Positions 57,315 to 64,000 of a stretch of 64,000 nt of DNA are shown here, piece after piece (position 1 is the first letter of the stretch; every line of letters starts with the position of its first letter). The DNA is taken from assembly GCA_963716395.1 (NCBI GenBank), contig OY970309.1, positions 1,664,001 to 1,728,000 of the forward strand, read 5' to 3'. Made by a program: the position numbers and the translations under genes. The stretch is from an uncultured Fibrobacteria bacterium (GTDB lineage Bacteria; Fibrobacterota; Fibrobacteria; UBA11236). The notes under the pieces are model-generated. The model searched no databases, was not told the origin of the DNA, and worked only from the letters and a program-made list of their open reading frames with translations.

Positions 57315-57341
57315 CCGCGTGGAATTTTTATTTATGCGGGT

Positions 57342-58250
57342 ATGGGGAAGCTGCGGAGGTCTATGCCGGCAAACAGTGCAGCTCCCGGAGGCGCCGCGCC
57401 CGCCGATTTGGCCCGCCTGCAAGCGTGGTTCGGCCGCGCCGTCTCGCGCCATCTGCTGGAGGGCAATGCCACCAATCCCGCGGGCATCGAGGGTGCGTGG
57501 TTGGCCGACGAGGCCGGCGCCCGGGTGCGAGCCGCCAACGGCGTCGACGGCTTGGAACGCGTGGCCATTTACAACCGCCAATACTGGTTCCGGCTGATCG
57601 ACTGCATGCAGCGGGAGTATCCCTGCGGCGTGCATGTGCTCGGTCTCGACCCCTTTAATCTTTGGGTGATCCGTTACCTCGAAGCGCATCCCAGCCGATC
57701 GCCCTACCTGGCCGATCTCGACGCGGGGTTCGCCGATTTCGTCGCCGCACGCCACCAAGGTCGCGATCCGGAAATGGTGATCGAAGCGTTGCGCTATGAT
57801 CGCGCTTTCTCGCGCACCTTCGACGCCCCGCCGGGCCGACCGTTGCGTCTGCAAGGCCTGGAACAGGCGCGTTTGCAACTGTCTCCGACGTGCGTTCCGC
57901 TCTGGCTGCATTGGGATTTCCAGGCCTATCGCAGTCTATGCCGCGCCGATGCCGCGTTAACCGCCGTGTTACCGCTGGCCGCCAAAGAACACGGAGTGGT
58001 GGTGTACCGGCAAGATCAGGGCGTGCACGAAAAGCCGGTTTCGCACGCGGCCTTTTTGCTGCTCGACGCCTTGCGCACGCCATGCACCCTGGCCGATTTG
58101 TTCGCGTCGCTGGAACCCCGGCTGTCACGCGCCGCCGGGGAAGAAATCGCCGGACACCTGACCGAGTGGTTCCGGGTGTGGGTGGAACGCGGTTGGCTAT
58201 GCGCGGCCGACGGCTCCGTGGATACCGCCGAGTCCTTCGGTACCATCTAG
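57342..58250 (+). CDS. DUF2063 (HvfC/BufC-like) family protein
   Basis: LARLQAWF, ERVAIYNRQYWFRL..EYP, and YLEAHPSRSPYLADLDAGF. Confidence 0.8.
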   Translation: MGKLRRSMPANSAAPGGAAPADLARLQAWFGRAVSRHLLEGNATNPAGIEGAWLADEAGARVRAANGVDGLERVAIYNRQYWFRLIDCMQREYPCGVHVLGLDPFNLWVIRYLEAHPSRSPYLADLDAGFADFVAARHQGRDPEMVIEALRYDRAFSRTFDAPPGRPLRLQGLEQARLQLSPTCVPLWLHWDFQAYRSLCRADAALTAVLPLAAKEHGVVVYRQDQGVHEKPVSHAAFLLLDALRTPCTLADLFASLEPRLSRAAGEEIAGHLTEWFRVWVERGWLCAADGSVDTAESFGTI

Positions 58251-58251
58251 G

Positions 58252-59517
58252 TTACTTTCCGATACCGTTGAGCACCGATTCGAAAAAGGCGCGCGCCTCA
58301 GCGGCATTGCCCGGATGCGCGTGCAACGGCAGCGTCCGATCACCCTCCCAGGCGTTTTCGATTTGCAGGTCCAGATTCGAAAGCACCCGGATCAGCAGAT
58401 TGGAGGCCGCCACCTGCATGTCTTCGGATCCATCCATACGCAGCAGCATCAGGCGGTTGGCACCGGCCGGAAATTCGCGCAAGGCGGGATCGACGCCGAT
58501 CCAGGCGCCGTCCAGAAAGGCTTCGGCCCAGGCATGCCCGATGAATACGCCGCGCCTTAGGGTGGCGAAGCCCAGCGCGACCCGGGCGGGAATGCCGCAG
58601 GCCCGCAGCAGGGCCGCGGTGAGCACCGCGGCTTCGGAGCAATCGCCCTGCATGTCGCGCATCACGGCGCGACTGGTACCGAACAGCGAGGCGCCCAGAC
58701 GAAACCTGAAAGTTTCGGTAACATAGGTGTAAATCCTGGAGGCAATGGCCGAATCCGAAGCGGCGCCGCGGCGCAACGTGGCGGCCTCGGCTTGCAGCAA
58801 AGAGTCGCCGAGATCGAGATAGGGGCAGGAGGCCAGATCGACGGCCAAGGAATCGGGGATGGGAACGCGTTGATGCGGCAGGGATGGGACCTGGGTTTCA
58901 ACCTCGGCCCAGGCGCGGCCCCGGCGCAGCACCTTCTGCCCGGGGCCCTGCGGCAGGCGAGGTAATGAGTCGCCGCTGCGCAGCGAGACGCGCAGGCGCA
59001 GCCGGGTGGCTTCGCGGTCTTCCGGCGCGCGGCGCGACACCGGAAACAGGCCGCTGTCGGGGGCTACGGAGCCCGCTTCGAGTGCGCCGCTTCGCGCGAC
59101 AAGCGGGGCGCCGGCACCTTTGAGTTCCTCGAACTCGGCCACCCGCCAGCCTTCGGGCCGCCGGTACAAATGCACGGCTTGCACCGAATGCAGACTGTCC
59201 ATTCCCATCACCGGCTTCCGGAAGACGGCGTCGGAGACATCTTTCAATACGCACCATCGCCCCGCCTGTTTTTGTTCGACCACGGTGTCACGGCTTTTGG
59301 TGCTGTCGAGAAAGGGATCGATTTTCTGCTCGGCTTCCAGCATGAATCCGAACAGGCGCAGGGCGGTGCCCGTGCATAAAGCTCGCGCGCCGGCGGTGTC
59401 GTTCGTGTCCATCAAAGAGTCAAGGCGCTGGAACACCTGCAGCGGGGTCAAGGTGTCGGGCGAAACCGCCACCACGCGAACCGCCGTCAGCGTCAGGGCA
59501 AGGAGCAAAAAGCGCAT
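58252..59517 (-). CDS. Exported transglutaminase-like domain protein
   Basis: GDCSEAAVL..RACGIPARVALG..HAWAE..VDP catalytic triad; signal peptide. Confidence 0.88.
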   Translation of the reverse strand: MRFLLLALTLTAVRVVAVSPDTLTPLQVFQRLDSLMDTNDTAGARALCTGTALRLFGFMLEAEQKIDPFLDSTKSRDTVVEQKQAGRWCVLKDVSDAVFRKPVMGMDSLHSVQAVHLYRRPEGWRVAEFEELKGAGAPLVARSGALEAGSVAPDSGLFPVSRRAPEDREATRLRLRVSLRSGDSLPRLPQGPGQKVLRRGRAWAEVETQVPSLPHQRVPIPDSLAVDLASCPYLDLGDSLLQAEAATLRRGAASDSAIASRIYTYVTETFRFRLGASLFGTSRAVMRDMQGDCSEAAVLTAALLRACGIPARVALGFATLRRGVFIGHAWAEAFLDGAWIGVDPALREFPAGANRLMLLRMDGSEDMQVAASNLLIRVLSNLDLQIENAWEGDRTLPLHAHPGNAAEARAFFESVLNGIGK

Positions 59518-59688
59518 GGTTTTTTTCCGGGAGGTCGTAGGTTATCTGGCGGGGCCGGATGGGAGGAAGTTAATTTATGGACCCCATGGGATCGGCAGAC
59601 GGGCATCGGTTCACAATCCGTTGGGTACGGACGATCTCCGCAGTACCTGTCTTCGCGGGGGAACGGTGCGCCCTTTCGGCGGTATAAG

Positions 59689-60432
59689 GTGATTTCCATT
59701 GACTCCCTGGCTTCCGAAGCGCAGAATTCAGAGCATCCCGTGAACATGGATCTCTCCGTCTCGGCCCAACCCGACGATGAAAGCTGCGGTATCACCTGCC
59801 TGCAGGCCATTTACCGCTATTACGGCCGGGAGATTTCTCTGGAGGCGCTTAAGCGGGAAGTCGTGCATTGGCAAACCGGGGGGACCGTGGGTGTGAACCT
59901 GGGCCGGCATGCGTTGACGCATGGCTATACGGCCGAGATCTACACCTATAACATCAAGGTGTTCGATCCCACCTGGCGCTCGCTGCCGGCGGCAGCCTTG
60001 CGCACCAAACTCAAGCTGCGCCAAAGCCGCATCCGCAGTCACCGCCAGAAAAAAATGATCGGCTTCTACCTCGAATTCCTGCGCCTGGGCGGGCACCTGC
60101 GATTCGACGACCTCGACGAAAGCCTGATGCAGCGCCTGTTCGACGCCGGGCTGCCCGTGATCTGCGGTCTGTCGGCCACCTACCTCTACCAATCGGTGCG
60201 CGAGTTGCCGAACGGTCAGGAAAACGACGTCACCGGGCATCCCGTCGGGCATTTCGTGATCGTGTCGGCCTACGACGCCGGTTCGCGCGAAGTGCGCATT
60301 CAGGATCCGTTGCGGCGCATCCCCCTGGCCGTCACCGGCACCTATTCGCTGCCCTTTCAGAAGTTCAGCAACGCCGTGATGCTGGGCATTCAAACTTATG
60401 ACGCCAACCTGCTCGTGATCGGCCGACCATGA
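59689..60432 (+). CDS. Peptidase C39-like papain-fold protein (start may be 59740 or 59746)
   Basis: QPDDESCGITCL..GHFVIV..IQDP. Confidence 0.8.
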   Translation: MISIDSLASEAQNSEHPVNMDLSVSAQPDDESCGITCLQAIYRYYGREISLEALKREVVHWQTGGTVGVNLGRHALTHGYTAEIYTYNIKVFDPTWRSLPAAALRTKLKLRQSRIRSHRQKKMIGFYLEFLRLGGHLRFDDLDESLMQRLFDAGLPVICGLSATYLYQSVRELPNGQENDVTGHPVGHFVIVSAYDAGSREVRIQDPLRRIPLAVTGTYSLPFQKFSNAVMLGIQTYDANLLVIGRP

Positions 60433-60451
60433 TTCGGCAGGCTTCCAAGAC

Positions 60452-61996
60452 ATGATCCGCAATCTCTGCGTGGTGGACAACGTGCGACACTGGCGCAAAA
60501 AAGTGCCCAATATGGAATTCATCAGCCCCAATGAATATCTGTTCGGGGTCGAATTTCAGGAGCTGCGGCAATTACGGGTGATCAACCTGGTGCGCAATTA
60601 CGGGTATCTGGGTGGCGGCTATTACGTGAGCTTGGTGGCTGAAGCCCGCGGGCACAAGGTGATTCCCGGGCTGCCCACCTTGCAGGCCCTGTCGAAAAAG
60701 GAACTGTATCTGATTGAAGCCGACGATTTATCGGCGCAAATCCAAAAGGACTTCGCGCATCTCGGCGACGATCGTTTCGAGTTGTCGGTGTATTTCGGAC
60801 GCAACGTGTCGAAGAAATACGAGAAGCTGTCGCGCATGTTCTTCCACCTCTTTCCCTGCCCGGCCTTCCGGGTTTTTTTCACGCGCGAAAAGCGATGGAT
60901 CATCACTTCGATCCGGCCTCTGTCTCTCGACAAGGTGCAGGAGTCGCATCAAGAAGCCTTTCTCGAAGCCTTGGTGGCCTACAGCGCCGACCGCTGGGGC
61001 GTGCGCAAGAACGCCCCAGCCCGCTACGACCTGGCCATTCTCTATAACCCGCAGGAACGCTTCGCGCCCTCGAATGCCGGCGCCATCCAAAAATTCGTCA
61101 AGGCCGGCAAAGCCGCGGGGCTGGCCGTCGAGGTGATCGAAAAGCGCGATTACGGATTCCTGCCGCAATTCGATGGATTGTTCCTGCGCGAGACCACGGC
61201 CATCGATCACCACACCTACCGCTTCGCCAAGAAAGCCGAAAAAGAAGGCCTGGTGGTCATCGACGATCCCAAATCCATTTTATACTGCACCAACAAAATT
61301 TTTCTGTACGAACTGTTCAAGCGCGCCGGCATCGGCCGTCCCAAGACCTTCGTGTTCGGTGAGGACAATATTCCCGACTTGGGGCAGCAGCTCGCCTACC
61401 CCGTCATCATCAAGATTCCCGACGGATCGTTTTCGCGCGGCATCGAAAAGGTGGAAGACTCGGCCCGGCTCGAAGCCGTGTGCCGCGAATTCTTCCGCCA
61501 TTCCGACTATCTCGTGGCGCAGGAGTTCATGCCCACCGATTTCGACTGGCGCATCGGTGTGTTCAACCACAAGCCGCTCTTTGCCTGCCAGTACTTCATG
61601 TCCCGAAACCACTGGCAGATCTATGATCATAGCGCCGAAGGCAACGGCGCCGAAGGCGCCCATCGCACCCATGCCGTGGAAAGCATCGATCCGCGCATTA
61701 CCTCGCTGGCCGTGCGCGCCGCGCGCCTGATCGGCGACGGACTTTACGGTGTCGACATCAAAGTGGTGGGTGGCAAGCCGTTCGTGGTCGAAGTGAACGA
61801 CAACCCCAACATCGATGCGGGCGTCGAAGATGAGGTGTTGAAAGATCGCCTGTATGCCACCCTCATGCAGGAGTTCGCGGCCCGTATCGAGCGCATGAAA
61901 ATGCGCATGGCGCCGCCCATGCCTTTGGCGTCGGCGGCCCACCCCGCGCCAGCCGGAACGGCCGCGTCTCAGCCGGTACCGGCGCAGCCCGCCTGA
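60452..61996 (+). CDS. RimK-family ATP-grasp ligase with N-terminal RLAN domain
   Basis: GYYVSLVAEARGH, IKIPDGSFSRG, QEFMPTDFDWR and YGVDIK..EVNDNP. Confidence 0.9.
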   Translation: MIRNLCVVDNVRHWRKKVPNMEFISPNEYLFGVEFQELRQLRVINLVRNYGYLGGGYYVSLVAEARGHKVIPGLPTLQALSKKELYLIEADDLSAQIQKDFAHLGDDRFELSVYFGRNVSKKYEKLSRMFFHLFPCPAFRVFFTREKRWIITSIRPLSLDKVQESHQEAFLEALVAYSADRWGVRKNAPARYDLAILYNPQERFAPSNAGAIQKFVKAGKAAGLAVEVIEKRDYGFLPQFDGLFLRETTAIDHHTYRFAKKAEKEGLVVIDDPKSILYCTNKIFLYELFKRAGIGRPKTFVFGEDNIPDLGQQLAYPVIIKIPDGSFSRGIEKVEDSARLEAVCREFFRHSDYLVAQEFMPTDFDWRIGVFNHKPLFACQYFMSRNHWQIYDHSAEGNGAEGAHRTHAVESIDPRITSLAVRAARLIGDGLYGVDIKVVGGKPFVVEVNDNPNIDAGVEDEVLKDRLYATLMQEFAARIERMKMRMAPPMPLASAAHPAPAGTAASQPVPAQPA

Positions 61997-62003
61997 TTCG
62001 CCC

Positions 62004-63221
62004 ATGGCGCACCGTCTTTTTTCCGTCCACGGCGTGGAAATCGAGTACGCCGTGATGCAGCGCCACGACGCGGCGGTAGCCCCCGTGGTCGCCGACTTGT
62101 TGGCGGCCTTGGGCGGAAGCCCCGACGCGCACCCCGTCTTTGGTTCCGTAGAACTCGACAATGAGCTGGCCGCCCACGTGCTGGAAATGAAGGCGAGCGC
62201 ACCCGCGCCCAAACTGCTGCCGCTGCTGGCGGATTTCAACGCCGCGGTGCGGGGCGTGAATGCCGCGCTCGCCGGCCTGGGCGCGCAGTTGCTGCCCGGC
62301 GGAATGCACCCGGGCATGGATCCCGCGCGCGAATCGCATCTTTGGGATTACGAAGACAACCGCATTTACCGCGCCTTCGACCGCGTCTTCGGCTGCCGCG
62401 GGCATGGATGGTTCAATCTGCAAAGCGTGCATCTGAACCTGCCGTTTCAGGGGGATGGCGAGTTTTCGCAATTGCATAACGGCATCAGCCTGTTGTTGCC
62501 GCTGTTGCCGGCGTTGTCGGCCGCCAGCCCGATATGGGACGGCGTTCCTGGGCCGTGGCTGGATGGACGCCTCTACCATTACGCGCAGAACCAGCGCAAG
62601 CTGCCGGAGATTGCGGGGCCTTTGATTCCCGAGCCCGTCGCCAGCGAAGCCGAATACCGCGAATGCATTTTACAACCCATGTACCGCGCCATCGCACCTT
62701 TCGATCCCGAAGGCGTGTTGCAGGAGGAATGGCTCAATTCGCGCGCGGCCATTGCCCGCTTTGATCGCGGCGCCATCGAAATCCGTTGTCTGGATACGCA
62801 GGAGTATCCGCAGGCGGATTTGGCGCTGTGCCATTTCACCGTATGCGCCTTGAAGCAACTGCTGGCGGCCGAGGAAGACCTGCACGGCTTGCATGCCGCC
62901 TTACCACCGGATCTCTTACGAACCTTCTTCCTCGAAACCGCCCGCCGGGGCCGCGCGGCCGCGGTGCCCGCGCTTTATCCGGCGCGGTTGTTCGGCCCGG
63001 GTATTCCCAACGGGACGGTAGCTGAAATGTTACTCTCGGCCCTGCCGGCGATCTATCGGCACTCGGATGCCGAAGAGGAAAACCGGTTTCGACCGGAAGT
63101 GGAGCGAATTTTGGCGCAGGGCAATGCGGCGGAAAGCATGCTGCGGGTGTTTGCCGAAACCGCATCGTGGCGGCAGTTGTGCTTTCGGCTCCAGGCCGGC
63201 CTGGCCGCGCATTGCGCGTGA
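62004..63221 (+). CDS. GCS2-family carboxylate-amine (glutamate-cysteine-like) ligase
   Basis: GVEIEY, NELAAHVLE, GMHP, NLQSVHLNLPF and RGAIEIR. Confidence 0.88.
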   Translation: MAHRLFSVHGVEIEYAVMQRHDAAVAPVVADLLAALGGSPDAHPVFGSVELDNELAAHVLEMKASAPAPKLLPLLADFNAAVRGVNAALAGLGAQLLPGGMHPGMDPARESHLWDYEDNRIYRAFDRVFGCRGHGWFNLQSVHLNLPFQGDGEFSQLHNGISLLLPLLPALSAASPIWDGVPGPWLDGRLYHYAQNQRKLPEIAGPLIPEPVASEAEYRECILQPMYRAIAPFDPEGVLQEEWLNSRAAIARFDRGAIEIRCLDTQEYPQADLALCHFTVCALKQLLAAEEDLHGLHAALPPDLLRTFFLETARRGRAAAVPALYPARLFGPGIPNGTVAEMLLSALPAIYRHSDAEEENRFRPEVERILAQGNAAESMLRVFAETASWRQLCFRLQAGLAAHCA

Positions 63222-63382
63222 AATCGGGCGGTGGAATCGCCGCGGCGACCTGCCCGTCAGTACTGACGAAAGGCTCTTTGCGAATTTCGGCCCGGCGGAA
63301 ACGGTTCCTTAATCCGGTTTTTCCAAATCGACCCAGGGGCAGCGTTTGATGTGGATGCTTGTGCGCGCAGCCATAGGATGCC

Positions 63383-64000
63383 TTAGCGGGCGGCCCGATC
63401 CGAATCCGGCGGCAAGTCGAGCACCTGCCAGCCCCTTTCACCGAAGCGGATGTCGCGCTCGACAAAAGTCCAAATCACCAGTTTTTTGTGCTGCAACAGT
63501 TCGGGTTTGCGGAACAATTCTTGGCGCACCACGGTCGACGCGCCGCCGTCATTCACGATGGACGCCAGCGGAAAACCCAAAGCGTAGGCGACCTGCGAAA
63601 TGATGCCCGCGCTTTTGGGTTCGTCGGTTTGGTAAATGCGCGAGAAACTGTCGCCCAGCCATAATATCGGGCTATGGGGATCGTCGCGGTAGGGCTTTCC
63701 GGTGGCCGAATCCCAAACTTGCTCGGCCACCACGGGTTGCTCGGCGAAGTCGCGGTGGCGTTCGGGCAGCTTGGTCATTTCGGCGACGTCGCCGAAGCGA
63801 TCGACTTTCACCGCCTTCCGGAAATACGTCCGCTCCGCGGAGTCGGATGCTTTGATCCACGGGTAGTTTTGCCGCAAGGCCGCCACGATGGCCTGTGCCG
63901 CGATCTGCAAGCCGGCGGGCGTCCAATGCGAATCGAGATGCAGGTACAGCGAATCTCCGAATTCGCTTTTGGCCCGCAGCAGCGCGCCGCGCACGTCGAC
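63383..64000 (-). CDS. AlgX/AlgJ-family O-acetyltransferase, 3' part (truncated by the window edge)
   Basis: LYLHLDSHWT, LWLGDSF and LVIWTFVER. Confidence 0.85.
   Translation of the reverse strand, partial: VDVRGALLRAKSEFGDSLYLHLDSHWTPAGLQIAAQAIVAALRQNYPWIKASDSAERTYFRKAVKVDRFGDVAEMTKLPERHRDFAEQPVVAEQVWDSATGKPYRDDPHSPILWLGDSFSRIYQTDEPKSAGIISQVAYALGFPLASIVNDGGASTVVRQELFRKPELLQHKKLVIWTFVERDIRFGERGWQVLDLPPDSDRAAR

Noticed and set aside
17543-63465. Many long antisense or alternate-frame ORFs in the track
   Set aside because: They are shadow ORFs expected in high-GC coding DNA; they are Arg/Pro/Ala-rich and lack motifs.

Overview
GC-rich bacterial DNA, probably Fibrobacterota; this is inferred from TIGR02171-like beta-propeller lipoproteins and short C-terminal secretion tails, not from a marker search. 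Bases 1-14.4 kb form an accessory effector/immunity island with no secretion-machine genes in the window. It holds three genes sharing a near-identical ~112-aa N-terminal module that I cannot assign to any named family, each behind a copy of the same CRP/FNR-box plus leaderless -10 promoter. One is fused to a lytic transglycosylase and two end after a transthyretin-like domain. The island also has a FIX-domain toxin with an Imm71/Imm72-type immunity gene, an orphan second toxin tip with its own immunity paralogue, a large metallophosphoesterase paired with a pentapeptide-repeat protein, two genes each broken by a single lesion, and a MITE. Bases 14.5-25.3 kb encode secreted carbohydrate-active and envelope proteins, including a plant-like UDP-apiose/UDP-xylose synthase coupled to an AlgX/AlgJ acetyltransferase. 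Next come lysA, a sigma54-dependent two-component envelope module, OmpA, SulP, the core rimP-nusA-infB-rbfA-truB-ribF / rpsO-pnp-M16 region, mazG, dprA and an ftsB-like gene. The window ends with a C39-like/RimK/GCS2 peptide-ligase cluster. I saw no rRNA, tRNA or CRISPR array. All family calls come from motif recognition by eye, not database searches.
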